A stretch of 64,000 nt of DNA. Origin: Candidatus Saccharimonadota bacterium. GTDB lineage: Bacteria > Patescibacteriota > Saccharimonadia > Saccharimonadales > JACDBH01. Every line of letters starts with the position of its first letter. Position 1 is the first letter of the stretch. Location: the NCBI GenBank assembly GCA_028289135.1, contig JAQGGW010000008.1, positions 34,385 through 98,384 on the forward strand, written 5' to 3'. The notes beneath the pieces are model-generated. The model ran no database searches. It saw nothing but the letters and a program-made list of their open reading frames with translations, and was not told the DNA's origin. Made by a program: the position numbers and the translations under genes. Below are positions 46,949 to 56,746 of the stretch, one piece after another.

Positions 46949-49900
46949 TCAGATCTTTCCGCTTGTTAGCAGCTGCATAATAGCGTTGGCATGCTGCTTA
47001 ATAACGCCCGCCGATTGGTCATCGCTCAGTTCAATAAGAATCGATGGGCTGCCGGTCTGTTTGTTAAACCAGGCGTCTAATGAACCGTGCTGGCTGACGG
47101 TCTTGGTCTGCCCTTTTGCTGTCATGTCTTGTCCATGCATACCAACGCTCGCAGCATAGGCGTTTCCAATGTCCACGGAAGTGCCTCCAACCGGCGCGAC
47201 GTAGTTCAGGTTGTCATGGTAGATGGCAAATAGGCTTACTTTGCCGATCGATAACAAGAAACTATCAAGCGCCTTAGTTTCAGGTTCGCTGCCAACAGAG
47301 CTACCTTTATAGAACATGCAGCTTATATTACTTTCAGAGCAACTCTCTGGCGTTCCCCCACCCCAGTTGTAGTCTTCATTGCGGTTTAGATCAACGTTAT
47401 TCTTATTTTTTCTAGCTGCGTTATCTATGCCGTAACCATTGATCTCAGGTATAGCTATAACCCGTACATTACTTGGGAGGGTTGGTTCGTTGTAAAGAAG
47501 ATCCCAAGCTATAAGCCCGCCGCCATTCTCGGTTCCATGTATGCCGCCGCCAATAATAATTGTTTTAATGTTGGCGGTGTCCTTGGCTGCGCGGATATAA
47601 ACCTTTATTGGCTGGCCGGCGCTATTGGTGCCAATCGTTCCGCTGTCGGTTACTGACTTGCCTTGGGCATCTTTGCCGAGTTCCGGTGCCTTGCTCCAGT
47701 CCGCATGCGGGCTTCCTTGGGTCAGAACCGTCACTGGTGTCGCTAGGCCGCCAGAAGGCACTAAGAAGCCATTTAGCCCTGTCGCTGTCGGTCCGGTGTC
47801 GGTTGGGCCTGTTGGTGTTGTGGCGGGTGGTGTTGCCGGTGTGTTTACGGAGGCGCCATCATTAAGACCGCCGTCGTTAGTGTAGCCGCTCGTGTAGCCC
47901 AGGCCGCTCATAACGCGTTGATCAAATATCGCACAGTTATATATAGCGCCAGCAATCTCTTCTTGCGAATCGTCCTTGCCGATCTCGTCGTATACTAATT
48001 TCCAAAATTGGGTACTATCTCTTTCGTTTGCATAAGTTAAATTTGGCCGGATTGCATCTATTACGGACTGTGCTTTGCTGGTTTGCGGTGAACCGGCAAC
48101 TACACCAACAGCATCGACAAGATAATTTGAATCTAAAGGGTCGAGTGTCTGGCATGCGGGCGGAATATCATAGGTGTCTATTCCCGCCCATGCAGCTGGG
48201 TTAAAATCTGATGTCGCAGCATACGTATTCCCATTAGCTACAGATGCGAGCGTTTTTGGTATTATGCTCAGCGAACCAAGGAAGTCATTAAGCCCGTTGC
48301 TAATATTGAAGTTCGTCACACTAAATAACATAGTCGAAAATAAGGACGATGTATTGCTTAGAGATGCGTACTTATCAAATAGTGATTCGTTTGTAGCATG
48401 CTCCTTCGTGTAGGCGGCGGCAAGATTATTTGTATACGCAAGGGTTGCCGGAGTTGATATAACACCTCCACTGCCGCGTGTTGACGCTTCTGCCTGCGCC
48501 GCAGACCCAGCAACAAGAAAGTTGGCAGCGCCACTATCTGGCGAGCCATCATACATAGGTCCTGCCCCTAAGAAAGCCATGGCTTTAGTCATTACATACA
48601 CTACGACTTTCCCAATATTTTTCCCAATACCTGTTGCGTTTAGGATTGCTTTAAACGCGTCAGTTATATGTAGGGCGTTAAACACATCTCCCGCTATACT
48701 TGCGGCAAAATCACCAATACTAACAATAAAATTTGATACCGGATTATCTTTTATAGTATTGACAACAGTGGCAATCGGGCAAATAAGCGCGCAAATTGCA
48801 CTGTCCTGATACGTTTTGGTGAAATCCGCGGCGCGGCTTTCGTTTGGATTGCCGCAAAAGTAATGAATCTTATTTGCTTTCTGTTGCTTAAGCGTCATTT
48901 TACAATATGCAACTTTATTAACATTTGTTTCCGCGGTTAATGCGGCCGCAGAAACACTATTGCCAGCAGTTGGATTGCTTAAATTCATCCAACCTTCTGA
49001 TTGTCCTACGTCATTTAGCGTGCCCATAAGATTGCCGAATTCATCGGCGCTTAATTGTCCTGATTTTCCCTGGTCACGTGCCATACTATAGGTTGCGTAT
49101 ATGGCTGCGAGTTGCGCTAAGCGTGCGTTACGTACGATTTTTGCAAGGGTGCCATTTTTAATAGTATTGCTAATTTTAGCAATTCTTTTTAGCCATCTCC
49201 ACACTTTTGAGAATGTAGAGACAGGATTACTTCCAGCAGCGGCATCTTCCTCCACCTCATCTGTCACCACTTTTTCTACTAGCGTGACGCCTTCATTGCT
49301 TGCTTCAGTGGCTGCTTCATCGGTTATCTGGCTTGTTGCGACGCCATCAGCAACTTTTGCTACGTCACCTGCTAGCTCAGCAGTATCGTCGACTGCGGAA
49401 GCGGGAACGGGATTACCTTTTGCGTCAAGAATGGGATTACCATTTGCGTCAACAGCTGGTTGTGGTTCACCGTCATCCTTTATGCCTGCGGGATCATCCT
49501 GGGCTTTATTGGCTGGATCAGGCTCACCCGAAGCGGCTACGCCCCGCTGGTTAGCTGGGGAGTTTTGATCACCGTTAAAATTGCAAGGCCCACTTCCCAA
49601 AAAACAACCAATATATTGCCCAGCTTTATTATCGGGCAGAATTTTATTTAATATTTTTTTTTGAAGCTCCACCTTTTTTGCCGTAATCTTACTTCTTGTT
49701 GTCTCAAAAAGCTTCCATTTCGTAATGCCAGTCTTGTTCTCGATATCTTTTCTAATATGCCGGCGTTTTAGGACATTGTAAAAGTGCGTCTCGTCTTTTA
49801 CTACCTCTTTCACTGCCTTCCGGGCAGATTTACTGTTTTCAAATATATCTTTCGTTACAATGCTATCCGCTTTTTCTCCTAACTTATTTAAATCTTGTAG

Positions 49901-50788
49901 CGCAGCGTTATCTAGCTTTCCACTTTTTAATTTCGCAATCGTATCGGTAGTCAATCCACTCGATTCAGGATCAAGCTTACTGATCTCCTCCCCATTAAAA
50001 GTGAGTTTTACTGGTCTAAGCGTTGTCGTGCCGTCTGCCGCTCTAATGCTCCCAGCACTAAATGCAATGCCGGTATTCTTCTGCAAATCTCTTTCAAAAC
50101 TACCGGTTCTAAGTGTCCTATACCAGTCACGGATTGGGCTATCGGTATCGACCCTATCGCCTTTAAATAGCATAGTGTCAGAAAAAGATCCGTCAGGATT
50201 TTGTATCTCTGTAAGCCGCATTTTTAAATATGCCTTAAAATATGCATCCGACCGGCCAGAAAAGCTGGCATTAAACCTAGAAAAAGTCTTAACATCAATA
50301 TTTTGCAGAATGTGATCTAACTTAAAAACTGCTAAAAAATTACCAAAAGACGCTATAAAGCCAATACTAAGTGTCGTAAGGCCAATACCCGCTCCAATAA
50401 GCAGCTTGTTGCGGCCGGATGATTTCCCCTTTGTCCCAGCGCTGGCCTTGATTTTGCTCTTTGCTTCTTTATAAAATCCTTCGCCTTCAGAATCCTTATC
50501 TCCATCTTCAGAATTCTTGCTACCTCCATTGCCGGCATCCTCTTCTCTAGCTTTTAAAAACCCAGCGCGTACCTGATCTTTTACGTCATCGGTGTCTGCC
50601 TGATCCCTCTCCTGATCACGTTCACGCAGACCTCTGCGTTTTGTTGTCTCTTCGTCTTCGTCGCCGTCCTCATCTGCTTTTCTGTCACGGTCCATGCTTT
50701 TTCGGGAACCATTATACGAATCGCCTGGCTGCTCCCGGAGAGCATTATCTTCTTGGGCTTCAGGACTCTGGTCATCATACACAGCCAT
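46949..50788 (-). CDS. Large T4SS-associated membrane protein with C-terminal M14 (MpaA-like) zinc peptidase
   Basis: Acidic N-terminus, TM segments, P/T linker, 'GIHGTE..N..G..RKN.NNVDLNRN..SEPET..YH..IEL'. Confidence 0.8.
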   Translation of the reverse strand: MAVYDDQSPEAQEDNALREQPGDSYNGSRKSMDRDRKADEDGDEDEETTKRRGLRERDQERDQADTDDVKDQVRAGFLKAREEDAGNGGSKNSEDGDKDSEGEGFYKEAKSKIKASAGTKGKSSGRNKLLIGAGIGLTTLSIGFIASFGNFLAVFKLDHILQNIDVKTFSRFNASFSGRSDAYFKAYLKMRLTEIQNPDGSFSDTMLFKGDRVDTDSPIRDWYRTLRTGSFERDLQKNTGIAFSAGSIRAADGTTTLRPVKLTFNGEEISKLDPESSGLTTDTIAKLKSGKLDNAALQDLNKLGEKADSIVTKDIFENSKSARKAVKEVVKDETHFYNVLKRRHIRKDIENKTGITKWKLFETTRSKITAKKVELQKKILNKILPDNKAGQYIGCFLGSGPCNFNGDQNSPANQRGVAASGEPDPANKAQDDPAGIKDDGEPQPAVDANGNPILDAKGNPVPASAVDDTAELAGDVAKVADGVATSQITDEAATEASNEGVTLVEKVVTDEVEEDAAAGSNPVSTFSKVWRWLKRIAKISNTIKNGTLAKIVRNARLAQLAAIYATYSMARDQGKSGQLSADEFGNLMGTLNDVGQSEGWMNLSNPTAGNSVSAAALTAETNVNKVAYCKMTLKQQKANKIHYFCGNPNESRAADFTKTYQDSAICALICPIATVVNTIKDNPVSNFIVSIGDFAASIAGDVFNALHITDAFKAILNATGIGKNIGKVVVYVMTKAMAFLGAGPMYDGSPDSGAANFLVAGSAAQAEASTRGSGGVISTPATLAYTNNLAAAYTKEHATNESLFDKYASLSNTSSLFSTMLFSVTNFNISNGLNDFLGSLSIIPKTLASVANGNTYAATSDFNPAAWAGIDTYDIPPACQTLDPLDSNYLVDAVGVVAGSPQTSKAQSVIDAIRPNLTYANERDSTQFWKLVYDEIGKDDSQEEIAGAIYNCAIFDQRVMSGLGYTSGYTNDGGLNDGASVNTPATPPATTPTGPTDTGPTATGLNGFLVPSGGLATPVTVLTQGSPHADWSKAPELGKDAQGKSVTDSGTIGTNSAGQPIKVYIRAAKDTANIKTIIIGGGIHGTENGGGLIAWDLLYNEPTLPSNVRVIAIPEINGYGIDNAARKNKNNVDLNRNEDYNWGGGTPESCSESNISCMFYKGSSVGSEPETKALDSFLLSIGKVSLFAIYHDNLNYVAPVGGTSVDIGNAYAASVGMHGQDMTAKGQTKTVSQHGSLDAWFNKQTGSPSILIELSDDQSAGVIKQHANAIMQLLTSGKI

Positions 50789-50792
50789 AAAA

Positions 50793-52712
50793 TTACATTC
50801 CTGGGCTTAAGCGGTTACTAAGATCAATCGTCCCCTGTTGGTTAAAGTCACCCTGTTCAATCGCCGCCACCTGCGCCGGATTCGTTGTAATCAAACTAGT
50901 TTCGGTTGCGCTGGCAATAATCTGGATATGCACGTGGTTTTGGCCGGCAAAGAAAAGCCCTTGGCCAACCGGGAACTGGCTCAAACGCTTCTTTTCTTCG
51001 CTTGTGAGCTTAAAGACATCCGCCAAAACATCCACGGCCGAAGGAGACTGCTTGAGGAGCAATTGCATCGATGCGTTAGCAACAATTGCCCGGCCCATGC
51101 GGGAGCCCATAAAGTCTTCAACGTCCTGGCTAATAGTTGTAATACCCAGGTTATATTTGCGGGCGCGCTTGGCCAAAGAAAAGATAAAGTTAGCCGAATC
51201 TTCGTACTTCATAAGCTGCCAGGCTTCATCAACGATCAAAATGCGCTTTTTCTTGTCGCTCTTGGTCTTGTTCCAGATGTAGTTGAGCACAATGTACATA
51301 GCCACAGGGCGTAATTCATCCTCGAGATCGCGGACATTAAATACCACCATTGGGTTGTTAATGTTGATGTTGCTCTGCTGGCTGAATATGCCCGCAAACG
51401 TACCGCTGGTGTATTTGCGCAGGCGCTGAGCCAATTGCGGACCGGTACCGCCCATGTGAAGCAAGGTGTCATAGAGCTCGGTAATAGTTGGCGGCGGAGA
51501 CTGGTGTGTAAGCGGATCGTTAGTAATACCAGCGCGAGCATATGTTTCGATCAAGGCCGCATCCAGGTCCGACTCCTCGACAGGTGTTAGTGCGGGCTGG
51601 ATAATACCCTGGGCTCCGGAGGCCTGCGAAGCCATCTGCGCCTGCGCTCCGCCCATCATAAGCCGCAGTAGGCCATGCAGAGTAATGAGGTTACTGCGAA
51701 GCGCGTTGTCGGCCTCTTCGGCGTCCACGACTTGCGGCAGGTCAAACGGGTTAATCCGCGTATTAGAACTTAAACTTAGGCGTACATAGGCTCCGCCAAC
51801 CGCGTCACACATCCGCTGGTATTCGTTTTCTGGGTCAATAATAAATATCTCGGTCCCAAACATCAACGAACGCAGTGCTTCAAGCTTTACAGCAAAACTC
51901 TTGCCAGCACCAGACTTCGCAAACACCACCGAGTTGCCGTTTTCCAGACTAAACCTGTCAAACAAAACCAGGCCGGAGTTATGCATGTTAATGCCGTACA
52001 AAATGCCTGTGTCCTGGCTAAGATCCGCGGAAGTAAATGGAAATGAAGTCGAAAGCGCGCCGGTGTTCATGTTGCGGCGGATCTGCAGCTGGTCGACAAA
52101 CTGCGGCAATGTGCTGTTTAGCCCCTGTTCTTGCTGGGCGCTGGCGGGTTTGGAATAAATCAACTGCTGGCCAAGCATCGACTCCACCTTGTGGCTGACA
52201 AATTCCAGCTCGTCCTGTGATTCGCCATAAATTGTAAAATACAGCCCAAAACGGAAGAAACGCTCTTCGCCCACCTGCAGCTTGTCGCGCATTTCCTCGG
52301 CGTCGATGATGCTGGCCTGCTTGCCCGGGTCACGCACCCTGCCCTTTTCGTTGTCAATCTGGATCCCGGCTTCTAGCTGAGACACCTTTTTACGAAGGTT
52401 TTCGAGCACCACCTGGCTTTCAACCGGATAAATAAACATACTGAGATCGATCACTTCGTCCAGGTTAACCATACCGCTCAACCAGCCGGTAAAAATCTGC
52501 CGCGGGTAGCCATACACATAAAAAGTCCGGGCGTAGCGGGTGCCAATCCTAAAAAACCCGCTCTGGAATTCAATGGAGCTTGGCGCGATAAAATCACGTA
52601 GCGCGGTAATACCTTTTTGAAAAGCGCTGCTGACCTCTTGCTCTTCTTGCATGCGCTGGGCTTGGGCAAGCGCTACCGGGTCGGTCATATCCTTTTTTTT
52701 GCCAAACGCCAT
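50793..52712 (-). CDS. virB4: VirB4-family type IV secretion ATPase
   Basis: 'NSVVFAKSGAGKSF', 'IIDPENEY', 'INPFD', 'IVDEAW', 'RARKY', 'SQDVEDF'. Confidence 0.9.
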   Translation of the reverse strand: MAFGKKKDMTDPVALAQAQRMQEEQEVSSAFQKGITALRDFIAPSSIEFQSGFFRIGTRYARTFYVYGYPRQIFTGWLSGMVNLDEVIDLSMFIYPVESQVVLENLRKKVSQLEAGIQIDNEKGRVRDPGKQASIIDAEEMRDKLQVGEERFFRFGLYFTIYGESQDELEFVSHKVESMLGQQLIYSKPASAQQEQGLNSTLPQFVDQLQIRRNMNTGALSTSFPFTSADLSQDTGILYGINMHNSGLVLFDRFSLENGNSVVFAKSGAGKSFAVKLEALRSLMFGTEIFIIDPENEYQRMCDAVGGAYVRLSLSSNTRINPFDLPQVVDAEEADNALRSNLITLHGLLRLMMGGAQAQMASQASGAQGIIQPALTPVEESDLDAALIETYARAGITNDPLTHQSPPPTITELYDTLLHMGGTGPQLAQRLRKYTSGTFAGIFSQQSNININNPMVVFNVRDLEDELRPVAMYIVLNYIWNKTKSDKKKRILIVDEAWQLMKYEDSANFIFSLAKRARKYNLGITTISQDVEDFMGSRMGRAIVANASMQLLLKQSPSAVDVLADVFKLTSEEKKRLSQFPVGQGLFFAGQNHVHIQIIASATETSLITTNPAQVAAIEQGDFNQQGTIDLSNRLSPGM

Positions 52713-52734
52713 CAGGTTTTACTCCTTAAATTCA

Positions 52735-53751
52735 TCATGCCGGCAGCTCCTTCTCAAGCTCTGGCTGCGGCGCAAAACCAGCGCCCTTGGTAATTACAGG
52801 CGCGCTTAAATCATTAAAGTTCTTCAGCTTTTGGCGGGTAGCAGTGTCGGGGTTATAGGCGTCATAATAAAGTTCAATCAACTCCTGGGTATCTAGCGGC
52901 AGCCCCTGGACGCCGCACTGCAAAAGCCCGCCCAATGTGGCCTGCACGCGGTTACGCAGCTCGGTTTTGGCGGCTTCCAGGTCAGCCTCATTAATGGTAA
53001 CGTGGACTTCTTTTTTAGAAAAAGACCCTAAGAAATTCGTAACAAAGTTCTTGCTGGCTTCAACTGCCTTCTGGCCGTCAATAACAGGGATAAACGGTAC
53101 CACAACATAAAACTTCTTGTCCATAATGCTGGTCTGCGTGGCCAGGTCGCTCATAAACCCGATGTAGTCTTCCATGAGGAGCGCCAAGAGCATGTTGTCG
53201 TGCTCACTTCGGATTTTATCGAGCTTCTCAATATAAGGCCGCAAATCAACCTTCTGTGAACGGGTAAAGATCTGGATCGGGAAATATAGCGAGTTCAAAA
53301 AGCCTTGGTAGCTATACTCAACCGCTTCACGCTCCTGCGGGCTCATGAGGTCAAAGTTAATGCTTTTAACCATAATCACCGAGCGGAAAGAGCCGTCCTG
53401 CATAATCACAATGCCGTCGCGAATTTCGGCAATCTGCAAAGAGTTCTGGGTGCTGTTGGGGTTGGACTTCGGCGCGGCTGGGCCAGATACGCCCTGTGGT
53501 CCGGCTTGTCCCGGCTGGGCAATCTGCGGGCCATAAGCTTGGGCGTTTTGCGGGTTATACCCCTGCACTCCCGCCTGGAAAGATGGCGCAAACTGGGTCG
53601 CGGCGGCACCGCCTAGATTAGCCGGCTGGATAAAAGGTGTTGGTCCAGCAACAGCTTGGTTGGGGTTATAGTCAGGTGGCCGGGCAGGACCAGCAGAGAC
53701 TGGCACCGGTATATTCGGCAATTGGTTCGGTTGTATACTATTTGGATTCAT
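52735..53751 (-). CDS. T4SS accessory protein (VirB4-adjacent, Pro/Gln-rich N-terminus)
   Basis: 'STQNSLQIAEIRDGIVI..SINFDLMS..E..FLNSL.FPIQI..KKFYVVVP..ELIELYY..YNP'; between the prgI-like gene and virB4. Confidence 0.75.
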   Translation of the reverse strand: MNPNSIQPNQLPNIPVPVSAGPARPPDYNPNQAVAGPTPFIQPANLGGAAATQFAPSFQAGVQGYNPQNAQAYGPQIAQPGQAGPQGVSGPAAPKSNPNSTQNSLQIAEIRDGIVIMQDGSFRSVIMVKSINFDLMSPQEREAVEYSYQGFLNSLYFPIQIFTRSQKVDLRPYIEKLDKIRSEHDNMLLALLMEDYIGFMSDLATQTSIMDKKFYVVVPFIPVIDGQKAVEASKNFVTNFLGSFSKKEVHVTINEADLEAAKTELRNRVQATLGGLLQCGVQGLPLDTQELIELYYDAYNPDTATRQKLKNFNDLSAPVITKGAGFAPQPELEKELPA

Positions 53752-53801
53752 TATTACCGTTTTCCACCCTCAGAAATTCCCTCAAGATAAACCATTAAAC
53801 G

Positions 53802-55004
53802 TTAATGCAGCGATATCACCACTTCGTCATCCGCTTCGCTAATACGCTGGGCTTGGCGGGCGATCGTTGCCACGTTTAAATCGTCATTATTGGCAAGATT
53901 AAGTATAGCAGGATTAGAGGTAGTTCCGCCAGTTGGCTGGCCAGTCTGATAAGCGTTTTGAACAGGTGTAGCTGGCGGGTACGCCACCCGGGGTAAAATG
54001 CTTGTGTCAACTGCTGGCTGGGCTGCTTGAGGCGCCGTGACCGGGCTAGGCGTCGCCGGAGCCGCTGCAGGTGTGGGTTGCTGGTGGCTAAGCGGCTGCA
54101 GGGTCTTAATATGAGAATTAACCCCTTGCTTTTCCTTGGCTTTCTCGGCCTCAATTTTGGCAATCAACGCCTTCTCGTCGGCTGTTGCCTCAACGATGGC
54201 CGTATCGGCTGAGCCCGGAGCCACCACTTTCGTATTCTGAAAGGTCGAAAGGTTTTCTGGAACGTCCGGTGCCGCGCCGTTTTGCCCATTCAAAAACCAA
54301 TAATCAGCCGGCGGCGTTGCTTGTGCTGCCGGCGCTGCCCGCCCCTGTACAATCTGCCGCGCCAACTGTTGCTGCTGCGCCGCAGAAGCCTGCACCATTT
54401 GGTCCAAATGCTGGGCCGTCAGGTTGTTGCTGGCATCCATAATATCATCTTCCGCCTTAACATCCGTAACCGGCTCGCTTATCAAGGTGCTAGGCGCCAC
54501 AAGCCTGTCGGTGCCGTCGCTAGTGTTTAAATATCCTGGCTGGGCAAACAGGTTAACATCCACGTTTTTAATAGCCCACCCGCGGCTATCCAGCGTGCTA
54601 GCTAGTGCCGTCAACCGGCTTTCTACCTCTGTTTGGTCGAGCCCGTTAGTAAAAACTTTTATTAGTTTTTTGGGCACCGTAATAGTCACCAGCTGGCTGA
54701 GCCCATCTTGGTTCCAAACCCGTACATGCGGCTTTATGAGGAAGCGTATCCGCGCCAAAAGCCAAATATCATTCGGCTGGTCGCGGCTAATCGGCGCCGC
54801 CAAAAATCCAAAAACAATCATTGGCAGCAAAAGCACGATAACAAACGGCCAGCGTACCACGCTCAGCGCCGTTGTTGTAGCAAGCTTAAACTCAATAAAC
54901 CCAATCCCTATTGTAATAATGGCAAAAATAAACTGCTTGAGCGTCAACGGCCCAAGAAGCTTGTCTTCTGCCTCAATATCCTGCAAAACCTTATACGTCG
55001 CCAT
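53802..55004 (-). CDS. PrgI-family (VirB3-like) T4SS membrane protein with long C-terminal tail
   Basis: 'YKVLQDIEAEDKLLGPLTLKQF', two TMs, 'DQP...RVW'. Confidence 0.85.
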   Translation of the reverse strand: MATYKVLQDIEAEDKLLGPLTLKQFIFAIITIGIGFIEFKLATTTALSVVRWPFVIVLLLPMIVFGFLAAPISRDQPNDIWLLARIRFLIKPHVRVWNQDGLSQLVTITVPKKLIKVFTNGLDQTEVESRLTALASTLDSRGWAIKNVDVNLFAQPGYLNTSDGTDRLVAPSTLISEPVTDVKAEDDIMDASNNLTAQHLDQMVQASAAQQQQLARQIVQGRAAPAAQATPPADYWFLNGQNGAAPDVPENLSTFQNTKVVAPGSADTAIVEATADEKALIAKIEAEKAKEKQGVNSHIKTLQPLSHQQPTPAAAPATPSPVTAPQAAQPAVDTSILPRVAYPPATPVQNAYQTGQPTGGTTSNPAILNLANNDDLNVATIARQAQRISEADDEVVISLH

Positions 55005-55080
55005 GTCTACCTAAGTATACAGGAAACAGGTTATGGCTGGAACTGGTCGAATGCGTAAGTGACTATCAAGAATTTAAGAA

Positions 55081-56610
55081 CTAATATCCAAGTATCGCCT
55101 GGGCGATCGCCGCCCTGTCAGGACTGGTTGGATCTAAATCCGCTACCATATCAACAACTGTCTGCAAAAGCTCAAGGTTTTCACCGCGGTCGATATATTC
55201 TTTAATACTTTTGGCGAGTGTAATACGCTCCAGTACGGGCAGCTGTGCGCTAATCTGAGCTACTGGAGCATATTTATTAACGGCCGCCGCCGCTTCTTGT
55301 ATTGCCGCCACCGGTTGTGCTTCGGTCGGTTGGGCTGGCGTAGGAGCGTGCCGACCTCTACCAATCAGACCCTGACTGTGCAGCGTAGGCCTGATCCGCT
55401 TTAGGAGTAAATGGTTAACTGCGTCATTGCTAAATGCAGCTTCCAATAAACCCGACTCCATATCGTGTAAATTGCCCTGAACCTCAGTATTAACGGATTC
55501 TAAATCCAAGATTGGTTCAGGATTCTGCTGGACTAATATCTGTACCATAATATCTGCAACTTCATTGTCTGAGTACTTATGACGCGTTTCAAGCAACCCC
55601 TCAATCTTTTGCAATAAAGCCGAAGTGCCTCCACCGTTCTGTGTATTGTCGGCCTCATCTTTGCCGATCTTCTTAACATCCGGCGCAGTACCTGAGTTTA
55701 CGATAAATCGTCCAAGCCGTCCTACGCTCTGATTTGCCGGCTTGCTTAGTTCCGTCAGTATCCCTTGCAAGCCCTTGTCTTCCTTGTCGCCCGGTTTTCC
55801 GTAATTAATTTCCTGGACAAACCTAGCAACTGCTTGCTGTTTGATAGCGGTCGTAATCTTGCCGTCAATTACAATACTGTGAGCGTCAAGGAGATCCTTA
55901 ATCTTGGCGTCTAGCCCCTCGGCACCTTCTTGGTAGTGTGTGCGTAAATGTTCAGTTAATACGTCCTTGATTTCAGTAAGTCGCAGGGTTTTTTCGGCTT
56001 CACTTTCTAAGGCAAAATTAGCACTATCAACTTCATCGGCCTTTGCTTCAATAACGCCCGCATTTGCAGCCATAAACTCTTCGCCGGCCTGTGCACTATC
56101 TTTTTTAAACTGCTCAGTCTTTTCGTTCTTCGCCTTGTCTAATACAGAAGTTTTGTAATCCGCCTGTGCTTTTTTAGTTGCATCCCCAAGCTCAACTTCG
56201 TCTATCTCTCCTGTGGCGACGTTTTTGAATAATAAGTCCAGGATGTCACTATACGTTAGCTTTATATTCTTTATTACTTTTTCTTGGTCTTTACTCAGCT
56301 TAACTCCGCGCAGGCTTTTATCGAGCTGCTTGTTGAGCTCAGCAGAGCTTATGACGGGCCTGGCGTCTGTCATAACTTGCCCGGGTGCTGCAACTCTATC
56401 TCCCGCCACTTCAGCGGGAGCGGTCTGGTCTTCCGAAGCTTCTGGAGCTGCAAGCGCTAAAGTCTCGGGGGCTGGAGGCTCAGTAATAAAAGTCGGCGCT
56501 GGCAGAGCCTCGGGGATTATGGGGGGCAGCCCGGAGCCTTCAGCAAGAGGAGCTGGTATGCCGTTTGCGGGTAATTCTGCGTGTGGGTTGGCTTCGTTTG
56601 AATTTGTCAT
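55081..56610 (-). CDS. Hypothetical soluble helical protein (candidate effector)
   Basis: 509 aa, no signal peptide or TM, Pro/Ala-rich N-terminus, own promoter. Confidence 0.7.
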   Translation of the reverse strand: MTNSNEANPHAELPANGIPAPLAEGSGLPPIIPEALPAPTFITEPPAPETLALAAPEASEDQTAPAEVAGDRVAAPGQVMTDARPVISSAELNKQLDKSLRGVKLSKDQEKVIKNIKLTYSDILDLLFKNVATGEIDEVELGDATKKAQADYKTSVLDKAKNEKTEQFKKDSAQAGEEFMAANAGVIEAKADEVDSANFALESEAEKTLRLTEIKDVLTEHLRTHYQEGAEGLDAKIKDLLDAHSIVIDGKITTAIKQQAVARFVQEINYGKPGDKEDKGLQGILTELSKPANQSVGRLGRFIVNSGTAPDVKKIGKDEADNTQNGGGTSALLQKIEGLLETRHKYSDNEVADIMVQILVQQNPEPILDLESVNTEVQGNLHDMESGLLEAAFSNDAVNHLLLKRIRPTLHSQGLIGRGRHAPTPAQPTEAQPVAAIQEAAAAVNKYAPVAQISAQLPVLERITLAKSIKEYIDRGENLELLQTVVDMVADLDPTSPDRAAIAQAILGY

Positions 56611-56635
56611 AACTAATCACTATATTAGCATAGTT

Positions 56636-56650
56636 TTGCTAATTAAGCAA
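56636..56650. promoter_or_regulatory. Palindrome TTGCT-N5-AGCAA overlapping a -35 element
   Basis: Minus strand TTGCTT-17-TAATAT; same motif at 58354-58368. Confidence 0.55.
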
Positions 56651-56694
56651 TAGCATTATGATTCAATCTTACCTTCTTTTATTCTTCTGAACTT

Positions 56695-56726
56695 AAAAAA
56701 AGACAGCCCATAGACCAGGCTGTCTT
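56695..56726 (-). terminator. Intrinsic terminator
   Basis: AAGACAGCC-N9-GGCTGTCTT with a T-run on the minus strand, after the 528-aa ORF. Confidence 0.75.
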
Positions 56727-56746
56727 ACTGATTTAATACAGAAAGT

